In this document: in pieces, positions 14,301 through 28,025 of the stretch
How the letters are laid out: each line of letters starts with the position of its first letter
How positions within the stretch are numbered: position 1 is the first letter of the stretch
Translations under genes and position numbers: made by a program
NCBI RefSeq assembly: GCF_964204865.1
Contig: NC_135264.1
Location: 9,982,001-10,046,000 of the forward strand
DNA length: 64,000 nt
Source of the DNA: Styela clava
Lineage: Eukaryota
Direction: 5' to 3'
Notes under the pieces: model-generated
What the model saw: the letters and a program-made list of their open reading frames with translations, nothing else
Database searches by the model: none
What the model was told of the DNA's origin: nothing

Positions 14301-16377
14301 GTACAGTTGGTATCCCAATTGCTTTAGCCTACGGAAGTTTGGTTAAATATACAGGAAGAAATGTAATGATGGCGATTGGTGCCCTGTTCGAACTGTTAGC
14401 TTATATTGGATGTTACGTTTGGATTCCAAATCCTGACACAATAGTCGTTGTATTCTGTATTTTCATAGCAGATGGGATCGTGAACACTATACTAAAAATC
14501 AACATAACTGGTAAGACGAAGTATATTTTATTCTACCCCAAAACTTTTCGCTTTGCATATGTAGACGTGATAAATCATATATAATTATATAGGAACTAGC
14601 TATGAGCTATTTCACCACCATATAAATTATAACCCAACGTGCGGAAAACTTTCTCAGAAAAACTGTTTATATCGCGAAGATGAGCGCGTATGGTTCAGTT
14701 GCTACTCAATTAAGCAATAATCTTTATTAAAAGTTTGTTCACGTCGGAAAGTTCATGAACATCAGTATCAGAATTTCCATAATTGTTCCTGACTTTTGAA
14801 CAACCACTTTTATTTGTATTACAGTATTATACTCATCTGTGGTTTGCCAACACGGACATGTAGAGATAAGAGTACATAGTTTTTTTAGTCTCAAAAAGTA
14901 GTAAATAATATATGCTTGAAAATTTAAACATCAAAATTGTCTACAGTGGTTTACGATGAATACTTTCCCGGCGAATCACATATATCAGTCAACGTATGGA
15001 ACTTCTGGATGCAAGGCGCTGTTGGTTTACAATATGCACTGAGTACGTTCATGTGTATGGTTGATAAAATATACCTCGGAGTCGCATTTCTCTTTGTATC
15101 TGTGTTTTTTTACGGTGAGTAGTTTCTAAATATTATCTCTCTCTATCACTAAATCGCTAATATAACGTTTCCATGTAGTGGGAGTGAACAGTAAAGAGTT
15201 GGTTGGCTTTAGTCACCTGTAGTTTTAGGGGAGCTCCGGAGTATTCGTACCAAGATGGCGCACTACCTGAACATAGTATTGTACAAGGTTAGGGTTGTGC
15301 GTCATCTTAGTACGAATGCCTCCTGAGCGCCGTTTTAAGATCCACCTCGCAGGGTTAAGGGCAGTGGTGGGATTCAATTTTTTTGTCAGCCGGTTTCATC
15401 ACAAAAGTCATATTTTTCACCCGGTTCTATTACAAAATATCATTGACAGTAGCCAGTAATGCTGACCGGTTCGCTGATCCTATAAAATTCCGTGAGACGG
15501 TTCTATAAAACCGGTGCGAACCGGCTGAATCCCACTACTGGTTAAGGGTCGAGCAAGTTCAGCCGAACGAATCTATATCCTAGGTACATTAACGCGCGAT
15601 ATCGTCATAAAATGTCCGATATTGCTATTTGTGTAAAAGTGGTGGAATTTATTATTGAACATTAAGAGCGACCGAACAAACAAAAGTTCGCACGAAAGGC
15701 TTTGTCAACAAAGTGGAACATTATATTATATTCAGGCTATAAAATAATATGCTGCAATGCAATCTCTTATATTCGTTTCGAGTGTATCAATCATTGATTT
15801 AGGTAACAGATCAAAAAGACACAGAAAAATCTATTCCTATGCACAGTTTTAAAGAATCTGGGCGTTTGTAATTGGTGTTACTTTTTCGACATAAAACTTT
15901 CAAAACTGACTTTTTATTGCTTCTCGAAACTATATTCAATTTCAACACCCGACTAATCTCCAAAACAGGATTATAGTCAGTGGTGCTGGGGGAAATATTT
16001 TAAGAATGGATTATCTTTCGTATCGAACTCACTAACAACATGGCACACTTTACATAAATCTAACATAACTTTTGAAACGACAAATATAATGCTATAGTTG
16101 TCAGCAGCTGCAGTGCACGTAAGCCATTTGCTGCGGGCGTCCAACTTCCAAAACAAAAGACAGTAACGGGTTCACTGATATCACGATATTCTAGGAACGG
16201 GTTCGTACAAATCCACTAATAAAATCCCATAACCACTAATAAAAACCCCATAACATAAATTTAAACCATTTTTGTTTTATAGCAATCGCAGAAATTCGAC
16301 ATTCTGCCAAGAAACGTGCCAAAGAAGAAGAAAAAAAACAAGAAGATGAACCACAAGCATCATCAACGAAACTCTAA
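11348..16377 (+). CDS. UNC-93-like (UNC93A-type) MFS membrane protein, copy 1
   Basis: 8 exons: 11348-11492, 11931-12080, 12168-12349, 12810-13439, 13816-13980, 14276-14510, 14947-15114, 16283-16377. Motifs LQTLQTSIN, SNFYP, CGKNDC, DVTRAYASC are UNC-93 hallmarks. Ends SSTKL*. Confidence 0.88.
15230..15331. mobile_element. ~100 bp hairpin MITE, family copy A
   Basis: Arms ggagctccggagtattcgtaccaagatggcgcac / gtgcgtcatcttagtacgaatgcctcctgagcgcc; flanks gttttagg / gttttaag (7/8 TSD); second copy at 42494. Confidence 0.75.
15362..15540. mobile_element. hAT-superfamily MITE
   Basis: TIRs cagtggtgggattca / tgaatcccactactg, perfect 8-bp TSD gttaaggg (15354-15361 and 15541-15548), internal ccggt subterminal motifs. 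Confidence 0.9.
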
Positions 16378-17083
16378 ACTATAAAGTCCTCATGCGCAAC
16401 GAAAGTACGTGGAAAAGGATCATCCTGTCAAACGAGACGAACGTTAGAGTCAATGAGTTATTCTAAGGCTATAGCCATCAACAACTGTTTGGTTTCATAC
16501 CAATCATGCAATAGTGACTGAACTTTGCTGAATCAGAAAAAAATACGTTGTTGTTTTCCTATACACAACGCTTCTTCGAGCATATGGTTATAATTTGTGT
16601 TTCGAAATTAACTTGAAATGTATTACACGAAGTAGGTATGTGTATGCTTAGCGCAAATTGTTTTTCGTGCTTATACTGTTATTTGAATAAAATCGTATTG
16701 CTTTGCAAACGCTGAAATTTTACTAATGTTGGAATATTACAACCGTTGGAAGTATTGTAGTTTGGGTTAATATATTTGTACGTTTCTCTTTTGTCTAGTG
16801 TTGTATTCATGTTTTTATGTGAAAAGAGAAAATTATATTGAAGTATTGAGTTGTTAAGTTTAACAATTATGAAATTTGATGTCAGTATCATATATTTTAC
16901 ATTATTTGCAAATAATATACTTGATGTGAATTGTAAGTTCTATTATGACACTTTCAATTGGAAAAAGGGTGGTGCGGGTGCGTGCAGTAGGTTAATTATT
17001 TCATTCTACAGCGGATTGCTCACAATTAGCACAGGACGCCACTAATAACTTAGGTGCATCTGAACTATCGCGAATTGTCGATT

Positions 17084-20000
17084 ATGGAGAAGATTGGAAG
17101 CGATATTCAGCGCCTTCAAATTCGACGGCGAATTAATTTTTATTTTTATAGTCTTGTGCTTGGAACGGTTTTGTCATTTTCTGCTTTTGTCTCTCTACAC
17201 ACGTTGCAAACGAGTATTAATATTCAAGGAAAATTAGGTAAGGAGAAATGACATGTACTGTATACCAATGTCAGTAATATATGATAAGAAGGTGCCAATA
17301 ATTTCATTTTTGAAAAAAATGATTTATATGAATTTGCTATATCTTGATTGTGCGAAATATTAGGACTCGAGCTTGCTACAATGGCAAGTGAATTTACTCG
17401 TTTTTTTGCGGGAAATGCAAAATAGCACGCCAGTACATAATACATATCCGAAAATGACGCAACCGACGCACTCTTAAACTATTAAATTATTCTTCTCCTA
17501 TTTTGATGAATACATTACTAAAAATGGGAAAATTTATAAAGAAATCGTTTTAAAAGATAGTGCACAGAGGTTTTATGTCAGGCAGGAATCGAAAAGCAAT
17601 ATAGTCTTGTTCAGTGAAAAGAAAAGTCATCCATTATTTCGAATCGAGTCTCCTGCGACAGATATCCTACATGGACATGCGTGTGATTTCCTAAGTGATA
17701 AACACAACTATACACGGCGTCAATTTACTTTTTCACTCGGTTAAAGTAAAAATCAAACCAATGCGAAGTCTGATTGTACGAAGTTTATGTAAATATATAT
17801 ATATAGATTCTCCACAAACGAATAAAACATGGCCATCAATACTTTAGGATCTCTTGGTCTCACAGTGGTGTATTTCGGATCTGTTGTCTACAGTCTATTC
17901 GTTGCTCCGATAACGATGAAAAGATTTGGTCTTGGCCTCAATTTAGTGATCTCGGATCTCAGTTACTTGATCTACTGTGCCTCAAATTATTACCCAGGTA
18001 AGATTCCAATGTTGGTATACACTGTACAACGTATTCTACGCCTGTACAGTTTGTAGTACTAATCCGGTAACTAAACCCTTTTTCAGGAATTTACGTTTTG
18101 TTACCCGCATCCATCATAAGCTCAGTGGCACAATCCCTCCTACTCCCCGCGACATCAATTGCAGCTTTTCAGTTGGCCGAAAGATTTTATCAATGCAGTT
18201 CGCAGACAGAAGAGGTTTATATTAACCGCTTCCAAAGTCGGTTTGTCGGCCTGTTTAGTTCAGTATCGGTAAGTCCGATGAATTACTACGTACATTAGAA
18301 ATTCTACATTAAAAATTTTCTTGGAGGAGCAAGTTTTATTCACATTTCACATAAGATTGTGAAAAAATGCCTCTTCTTGCTATTCAATTAGTACCGCACT
18401 TAGCAATGAATACTTAATATTTCAGATAGTGGGCAACATTATATCCTTTGCTGCACTATCCGGAAGCAAATCCGGCTCGATAGAGGATGAAAATAGCAAC
18501 ATAACATTTTCTTCAGTCAATACAATAGAGGCGACTACCCCATCTCTTTCTCCAAATCGTAGCGGATATAACCATTGCGGAGTACAAGATTGTCAAGATC
18601 CCGAGATCATTGAAAATAACATAAACCAATACGTCCCCCCTGACAAAATAAGCACCTACATTCTTGTTTCGGCAGCCTGTGCAGTAAGCCTTGTTTCACT
18701 CATAATTCACGCGTGCGTCTATCCGGGGATCGGGAAATTCGGACGAAAATTACACAATCTTGATAGAGAAATAACGCAGTTCTTGAAGCCTAATGACGAA
18801 TCGAAAAGTATGGAGTTTACACTTGAAGATAGTTGTAATAACATAGTCACAGCCGCGGCGATGACCACGACAGAAAAAGTCGCCGAATCACAAATTTGTT
18901 CTTCTATAAACAAACAACCATACGCCGGTCAAGACATCTCCACCCTGAACACCGATACCGGCGATCTCAATGAGGTGTGTTGGCAAAAATCATTTTCATA
19001 TTCATTTTAAGATTGGATTAAGATTCATTAAAAAGATGAATAGGAGTACAACAAGCAATCAAATTTAAACTGCCCAACATATAAAAACTTTTCTTTACGA
19101 TTTACAAACTTCTAGAAAATAATTTTTCACTAGAATGTAGGCGATGGATATTGGGAAACATTAAAAGCAACTGCAAAGTTTTTCATCCGACCTCAGTCAA
19201 TTCTAATTGGGTTCACCCCCTTTCGAAATGGAATGATTATTGGATTTATGTTCTCCGACGTAACAAGAGCTTACGCCTCGTGTGTTGGTGGCGTAGAAAT
19301 GGTAAGTTTATGGAAAAGATGTTGAACTCCAAGAGCACATGCTATTAATGATAGAATGAACGGTACAGGTAATAAGATTTTCGAGGTCATATATTTGGGA
19401 ATTATTTATTCGTTCAACATCGTATTACGTCTCTTTTCAATATTAATATATGGTTTTCTAATAATAATTAAAATTGTGTGTTATATTGAAACATTCTGAG
19501 CTGATTGAGTTTATTACAATTGTAAAACGGTAAATAGGCCAATTGCAAAAAAGAGAAAAATGTTCGTGTATTTTTTGATAAAAAATAATATATATATATA
19601 TGTGTGAACAGGTTGGTCTTATAGCAATGGCGTTTGGGTCAGTTGGAATACTCGTAGGTCTGATTTACGGCCACGTAGTAAAGTATACAGGAAGGAATGT
19701 AATTATGCTGATAGGATTTCTGCTTGAAATGTCGGTTTACATTGGTTGCTATGTGTGGGTTCCTGACCCGAATACAATGTATTATGTGTTTCTAATGTTC
19801 ATTGGACATGGAACGGTAAACTCTCTGTTGTACATTTCTGTTAATGGTGAGTAATTTTGTTGGGTACTTAATACCTATATTCAGAAAAACGGTGGTGTTT
19901 CATTTCTCGTTAATCATTTGCCTCTCAGTGCAAGGTTGGGCACGATATATTATCACGAACCAATATTGGTATAAATTTTCTAAGGGAACGCAAGACGTTA

Positions 20001-20864
20001 TTTAAAGAATTTTATACGCATATAAGCACTGTTGGAAAATAAAAGTATTAATCGCATTATTTTTATTGACATTCATCACGGCAAAGAAATTGAGAATGCG
20101 TTGCAGTGCATGTGAATATTCCTTCTAGAAACAAATGTTCTATATAGACACGAACAAAACTTGCTTTTTTACCCCAAATTGCCACCATTTTCAGTTCAAT
20201 CGAGTCCAACTCTTTTTTAATTGTCCCGTGTTTATTCACTAATATATATATCATTATTCATGCAGTCGTTTACAATGAGTACTTTCCAACGGAATCCCAC
20301 ATAGCGTCAAATGTCTGGAACTTTTGGTTTCAAGGGGCAACAGGATTGCAGTTTGCATTGAGCACATTCATGTGTGTTGTGGATAAAATCTATCTCGGAA
20401 TGGTTTTTCTGACCTTTTCTATGCTAATGTACGGTAGGTATTCATTAGATAAAAATTTAATTTTTGAGGAATTCAATAAATAAAACTACGTCAATCGAAT
20501 AACAGAATTTACGAGTTGTAAAAATGCGAAAAAATGCAAGCATGTCCAAAAAATACCAGTAATCTGGAAATCGAGTTTCTAACTTTCTTTTAGCGGTGAA
20601 CAAACACGAGTCTCTTCGATTTCACATTCATCAAACGAAATTTTGACTTCCCGTCCTAAGCTCAATTTGAGGTTTCACCTTTTTATCAATCATGTCTCTC
20701 CTTTAGGCTGATTATGGACTATGGAATTGTAGGTCATTGTCGGTTTTACTAAATGGAACGCGTAATTTGTTTTTGTAGTCGCGGCTGAATTTCGCCACCG
20801 AAGGAGTATGAGACGGGAGAAAAGTGCTACAAATGAATCTTCGTGCAAAGTAACAAAACTTTGA
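17084..20864 (+). CDS. UNC-93-like MFS protein, copy 2
   Basis: Same 8-exon layout; LHTLQTSIN, SNYYP, CGVQDCQDP, DVTRAYASC; ends KVTKL*. Confidence 0.87.
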
Positions 20865-21426
20865 CTGAATATGACTTTGACTAAAGCGCTTTCAATGTTT
20901 TATCATTATTTGCAACATATAGCTTGTTGCTTTTTCCCTTATAAATATTACATTATACGATACATATATATTATACTTTAATCTTAATTTCATTTCGTTA
21001 AACAATGCATGAAATATAGTATTTGTCTTTGTATCATATAAATAAAAAATACATATCACTCTTTTTCTATAAGTACTTACCAGGTTTGCTCAAAAATCTA
21101 CCGAGAAAGCAGCTAATATTATACATTCAATGGCCCTTTTTTAACGATTAATAATATAAAACTATCGCTGAAAAAGGGGGTATGAAAATTCGCTTTGAAA
21201 AGGTTAATGGATTTCGTCAACGATACTTTGTCATATTTAATATTATTTGCGAAAAAACATAATAAAATTGTTAATACGAATAGTAAACTTCTTTGCATAC
21301 TATTTTTCCGGACGATAGTTCGGTCAGCGCATGGCATTTCTCACTTCCAATGGGGATAGATTGCGTCAAGCCGAACAGAGCATTATTTCAGCAGCTTGGA
21401 GTTAGAAAAGACGCACATCAGTTATT

Positions 21427-24400
21427 ATGGCGACGACGGATATCCAAGTGAAACAACGTAGAAAAATTCGCCGAAAGATAAATTTTTATTTTTACAGCCT
21501 CGTGTTGGGAACTGTATTGTCTTTTTCATCTGCGGTAGCTTTACAATCTCTCCAAACAAGTATTAATATAGAAGGAAATGTAGGTAAGTTGAGGTACAAA
21601 TACCAATCACATAATTACCATTTGAGGTAGATAGAATGAATATAAGGTGGGTATGAGTGGGAAGATAGCCAATCAAATAGCATCGTTTATGTGTGACTAC
21701 CTATGCTATTGCCATTAGCAGTTTTCGTCTGCGATATTCGGACAAACGGAAGCAGAGCTATGTAAAGAGCACTGTCCGCACGAGTACACAGATAAGCGTA
21801 TACGTGAGCTGATTAAAAAACGTACCAGAATCACAATTATTAGAAAACAGTTCCGTAAAACTGACTCAATAATTCAGGTTCTATCGCTCTCACCTCGGCT
21901 TACTTTGGATCTGTTGTCTACAGTCTATTCGTAGCTCCGATAACGATGAAAAGATTTGGTACTGGCCTCAATTTAGTGATCTCGGATGTCAGTTACTTGA
22001 TCTACTGTGCCTCAAATTATTACCCAGGTAAGATGTGCTATTCATGGTATCCAATGCTAAACCGTTTTTTCTAATATGAATCTGTACATTTGAGGATTGA
22101 AATAAATGCCAACGTAGTAAATATTTTCGTTGTTATATTGCACGAGCAACTTTACAGCAACCGTTTCTTCTTCCGAATACATTGAGCAAACATATTAAAC
22201 TCGTTTATTAGCTCATTTTTATTTAAAGGCTCAAGCCCACAATGGCATCTTTGATATGTAACATCGAATTGATTTTATTTTAACGTATTTCACTTTACCA
22301 CATATTTTAAATTTCAAACACATTTTATGGCTTACTTTCTATAATTATTTTTAGAGATTTATGTATTAGTACCGGGATCAATCGCAAGTTCAGTAGCGCG
22401 ATCTCTTCTACTCCCAGCAACATCAATCGCAGCTTTCCAATTAGCTGAGCAATTTTATCGGTGTGGTTCTCAAGCGGAAGAAGTTTATATTAACCGTTTC
22501 CAAAGTCGATACATCAGTCTTTTTAGTTCTGTATCGGTAAGTGTGTCTAAATTGTCACTGCTACCCGGAGTGTACAGTCGAGTTCAATTCTAGATTCTGA
22601 TTTTTAGACACGGAGTGGACCCTATGGGTTGTTTTGTTACTATGTTGTTGTTCTACTCTTTTTTATTTCCCTGTTAGTATATTTCTTCTATGGAAAAATA
22701 GATTTTCTCTTCAATTACAAGACCAATTGCTTTCAAAGGTTCAGCGGGTAAAGATTATTGTTGTCCGTCTTCGACTCACAGAATGGGGAACTATGCTCAT
22801 AATATGTTCCTATTCGGCTCTAGTTAACCAGAACCCACTCAATATACATCAGTGCAAAATTGTCCTTAAATATGTTTTTATTTGATTATTCCAGATTGTA
22901 GGCAACGCAATATCGTTTGCTGCTTTATCCGGAAGCAGACAAAATATTGAAAGTGATGAGATTGCTAACGTAACAATTGCATCAGAATATACCAAAATGA
23001 TATCAACTACAGCATCACAATTCGCAAACCGCAGCGAATATTACCACTGCGGAGTGAACGACTGTCAAGATCCCGAGATTGTGGAAGAAAACCTGAATCA
23101 ATATGTTCCTCCTGACAAAATAAGCACTTATATTCTTGTTTCGGCAGCTTGTGGAATCAACTTGATTTCATTCGTAATACACGCTTTCATTTACCCCGGG
23201 ATTGGAAAATTTGGACACAAACTCTACAACTTGGACAAAGAAATTTCTCTTTTTCTAAAACCAAATGCTTCGTCGACAAGTTTGCAGTTTGCAATCGATG
23301 ACGATGTTGATCAAAAAAATAACAATAAAGAAACAGACGTTCCCGCTATTTCCAACAAAAAAGAGAATTATGATAACCCAGCATTTGTCCTAGATTCACA
23401 AGATTTTACGACGGCAAAAAAAACCAACGATGAAACCAATTCTACTTCGAAGACCGATGCTGTTCATATTGATGAAAAGTCTATGGATAGTCATAATGAG
23501 GTATCAATCATATTACAATCATCAGCAAATTTTACTAAGTCATTAAAACATCATCAAACATAACCCTTGGGTTTCGCTAGTACAGTCCAGATGTTCCACA
23601 AGTTCACATTCAAATCCGTTAGACTACATTATTCAATGTATATTGTCCCCTTTTTGTCCCCAGATTTAAATCGAAGCGGGCGCGAGGCACCCTTAGATAC
23701 GTCGATGTAAGAATTTGGAATAGCATATAGAGATTAGAACTGACTACATATTGAATGTTGATTGGTTGGTCTGATTTGTGGAGTCTGACTCTAGTTTCGA
23801 CCGACAAGAGTTTTGCACGTGAAGTTCGTGAACCCAAGCTATCAATCTGACGATAGCCACCGGCAGTGCAGAATAGATAACTTACTAGTTTCCACCAATA
23901 TGCATACAGAATACAAATCTCAAGACTAGACTATCATTGAAAAGATATTGAGCAGTATACAAACAGCGAACCAATATTAAAAACGTGATCTCATGACTGA
24001 GGTCAAAACAGAAACTCAATCAGCTCAATACGAGTAATTATGTACGTTTCACGACTGAGAACTAAATAGCGTAACAAAGCGTATATTTTAATTTGATAAT
24101 GACAGGACGAAACATGTTCATGGGAGCTAAAGTTGTGTAATATGTTCCTACGAAAATTATTATTAGAATTTCGAGGAAAAAGTTACTTTGTTTGTCATAA
24201 TTTTAACTATAATTTGGGTAAATTTTGGGAGTTGATGCTATAAATATACCTTACAGCATTAAGTCATAACTAAAACACAATTACGCAATCACTTACACTC
24301 CTTTTTTTCTTCATATCTATGTCTGGCCATCTCCCAATATCATGCTCTTATGATTTCAACGTCTCGCGGCCAGATTGTGGATCTTAAATTTTGTACTATC

Positions 24401-26713
24401 CATTGATATATTTTAAGGTTTGTGAAATAGACATTTCTTGTCAAGCTACCAGTACCGTTATGAGTACTTCTCTATTACTCTAGAGTTCGATCTATTATAG
24501 GTACTAGATCTGATTTGTTGTATGCAACTTTCTCTCTGAGTTCTTTTCTAAAAAGATCTAGTTAGCCAAAATTGCCAGAACAGCATTGCATCAAAAAATA
24601 TACAGGGAATTTCCTTATACTGATCATGCACGACAAATTGTTGTATTTTGAAGTTTAATCAAACAGCAATTGCAAGGTGATCGCTGGCAAGTAGGCCAAA
24701 TGGTCATTTCGGGGTTATCCTGTCCATTTCGAACAAAGGCATAAATATATATAGATATAAATGAATAAAAGTTTGATTATTCGTACGGATGATAATTTAG
24801 ATTTCCAATTTAAAGGATCGTGATGGGTATTGGACAACATTAAAGAAAACTGGAAAGTTTTTTATTCGACCCCAATCAATGCTGATTGGCCTCACTCCAG
24901 TACGTAATGGGATGATTGTTGGATTCATATTTTCTGACATAACAAGAGCTTACGCTTCGTGTGTTGGCGGTGTGCAACTCGTAAGTTATTTATTATTATT
25001 ATCATGTTATCCATACTTTATCGTATTTACTACTCTGTATATACTAAAATATAAAAAAAAAAATGGAGACATTTTTTTTCAATGTTGGCAAAAGATTTGG
25101 TCCGCATAATTCTAAGAAAAATGAAATACCTATATATTAAAACCTTCTTGAAAACATTTTCAGTTTGCAGATACTTTAAATTGAAAGGGTTTGTTAAAGA
25201 GAGAATAAAATACAAATCTTATCACAACAACAATCCCATTTAAGATTATAGGACATGAAATGTACATATGGATCGTTTTGTTATTACGTTGTTGTTCTCC
25301 TTCTTCATTTCCTTGTTACGAAAAATTTCTCGCTTTTCTCATTAAATACTGGACCGATTGCCTTCAAATATTTAGTGGTTAAAGATGCATTTTTTGCTAG
25401 AAGGCTATTACTTTTATTTATTTCAAAGATTTCTGTGGGCTATATGGGATTTGTTTTTTGCGATGACGTCATCGAACGTAAAAGTTGCGCACCTTGTGGC
25501 GGTAGTCTACTGTGACAGATTGTATCCGCCTACAACTTCGTTTTGGCTTTCGTGTTTATATATTTGATTATCACTCTCTTGTTTTTTTCTAAGAGACTTT
25601 AATCTGATATATCATCCTTGGGTATACATATATTAAATGCCTGCGAGATGGTATATATATATTTCTATACAGACAGGACTTATCGCCATGACGTTTGGAT
25701 CAGCTGGAATTCCGGTGTCTCTACTCTACGGCCATTTAGTAAAATATACAGGACGAAACGCTATCATGATAGCAGGTTTTCTACTTGAAATGTCCGTTTA
25801 CATCGGTTGCTACTTATGGGTTCCGGATCCTGATACAATATATTTTGTGTTTTTCATATTTATTGGACACGGAACTGTGAACGCAATGTTGTATATAACA
25901 GTTAATGGTGAGTGAACTGTTAATGATATTTCAGATTTGTTCTACGACGATAGTGAGTCAGCAATTTGAGGAAAATGTATGAAAGAGCATGGGGACATTA
26001 CTCGAAGTCATTATCGGAAATTTGCTTTATTGCTGTGGTCAACATAAATGTTCTGGTGGACCTAATTCACTCTTTATCATTTTCTATGGCATGATTGTTT
26101 AATTTTTCTATGACTGATTCTTTGTTTTTACAGTTGTTTATAACGAATACTTCCCAACTGAATCCCACATAGCTACAAATGTATGGAACTTCTGGATTCA
26201 GGGAGCAACAGGATTACAGTTTGCGTTGAGCACGTTCATGTGTATGGTGGACAAAATATATCTTGGAATGGCTTTTCTGACATTTTCCATACTAATGTAC
26301 GGTGCGTATATCGTCACTTATATAGAATCATAAAACGAAGTACTGCAAAGAAAATAATCAAATCTACTGAATAAAACACCGCGAGTTCTATCTTAAATAA
26401 AATGTGCGACAATATTACAAAACAATGATTTCAGCGTCAAATTTTTCATAAGGCTTTTGTAAATATTTTCCCAAAATAAGGTGCATGAACTCACTAACGA
26501 AAGAGAAGGAATTCATTCTGAAGAAAAAATCATTTTCAAGTCCATATTAACTATTAGTTGGCGTAAACTCAAGGCAGGATGTTTGTTATTGGACAAGAAT
26601 TATTACTTTGTGTTGACTTTATTACAGGCGTTGCGGAGTTTCGGCACCGAAAGAATAAAACACAGGAAGAAAAACATGTCGAAGATACTGCTTGGAATGT
26701 AACTAAACTTTGA
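21427..26713 (+). CDS. UNC-93-like MFS protein, copy 3
   Basis: Same layout; LQSLQTSIN, CGVNDCQDP, DITRAYASC; ends NVTKL*. Confidence 0.87.
22606..22740 (+). repeat. Dispersed repeat family, truncated copy
   Basis: gacacggagtggaccctatgggttgttttgttactatgttgttg...gaccaattgcttt is shared with the 25250 and 42620 copies. Confidence 0.6.
25250..25510 (+). repeat. Dispersed ~260 bp repeat (also ~28895-29420, ~35383-35935, ~42620-42890; reverse at ~33380-33622 and ~40010-40262)
   Basis: Shared blocks ggacacgaa..tatggatcgttttgtta, actggaccgattgc, ttctgtgggct, tgacgtca, gtggcgg. Confidence 0.7.
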
Positions 26714-28025
26714 CCTGATCAAATAAGGAATTAGGTTTTTCATCCATTCCAGTGATAAATCATCTCATAAAATTTCCATGCCAGTTTATACGGGGTCCAA
26801 TACTTTTTTCTTTTACTTCTAAATGCTATGGCTTCATTCCAATTGAATAGAGTGTAGGCATTATTTTATTCAGAGCCAAATTTTTAACTAGCATTATGAA
26901 AATTATGAGCTATGTTTGGAACTACGTTACTTGTTTTGCGCGCAAGAGCATGCGACATATTTTTGATAAACCTCCAGAAACCAATAATTTATGTCCTAAC
27001 TACTTACTAATACTTTCAACTATGAGCGTGAAAACTAAATACGACAAAACCTCTGTGTAATTTGTAAATTTGGTAAGGCACAACGATGGAAAATAAGCCG
27101 CAAGTTTGGTGGTGAAATTATGGTTTATTTTCACGAGATCAAATTTTTGTTCTGGAATACGGCCCTTTGAGGTTTCTATACTTAAGTGTCTTTTGTTATC
27201 AAGATTTTATGGCAGATAATATGCAATCAATTTTTGCAGCAAACACGAACAAACGAAATTGAGCTTTATGAGACTCATGCATCGCATGACGAAGGTACTA
27301 AACTTGCAATAAAATACACAAAAATCAACTGTCTGGAATAATATTATGATTGATAGTTAGGAAAGTGCAATAGTGGCAATTGTTGTAGTTCTTATATTCC
27401 AACCATTGCTCGATGATTCGGAGATAGATTAGATTTGGATTCGAAACAATCATTATATATATATAATTAAGTTTCAAATATGAGACTGGTCAAGAAGGAA
27501 GTCTCGTCCGATTAGGGCATTAGGCTCTGAAAATCCAGTTTATACAAGTTTACAACGAGGTCTCATGACTTGGCAAATCTGGGATACGATTGGGTTAATG
27601 ATTAATCACTATAAATACACCGAAAACAGCTGGACCGTCTGTACTCGTGATGCATTGCAAATACAAATATAACCAGAACAAATTTTGCGCAATTAGTCAG
27701 ATAAATAGCGGGAAGAACAATTGAGGAAGGTCATCGCTATAACATAGTGAAATGAGTTTATCAGAAAACCCACTCAGGGAATATTTCAGGAAAATATGAA
27801 GTTACAAAATAGTTTAATTATCAATACAGAACGCCAAGAAATTGGAAATCAGAAAATTATGTAGGGAAAAAGAAGAGTTAGCTTCGACGTGACATCGTGT
27901 GGATCTACAGGAACTATATAGATTTCATAGGTATTATAACAATGAAATCTTGCTATTGCATATTCAGGATCTATAATTTATAAATGTCGTAAAAACCACA
28001 ACTCTGGTAACATCCATCGAAGCAC

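Noticed and set aside
16369-16377. TKL as a peroxisomal PTS1 signal
   Set aside because: PTS1 targets matrix proteins; for a polytopic membrane protein a PDZ ligand fits better.
23640-24080. Possible second solo LTR in copy 3 intron 4
   Set aside because: Composition is suggestive but no TSD matches the TG...CA ends.
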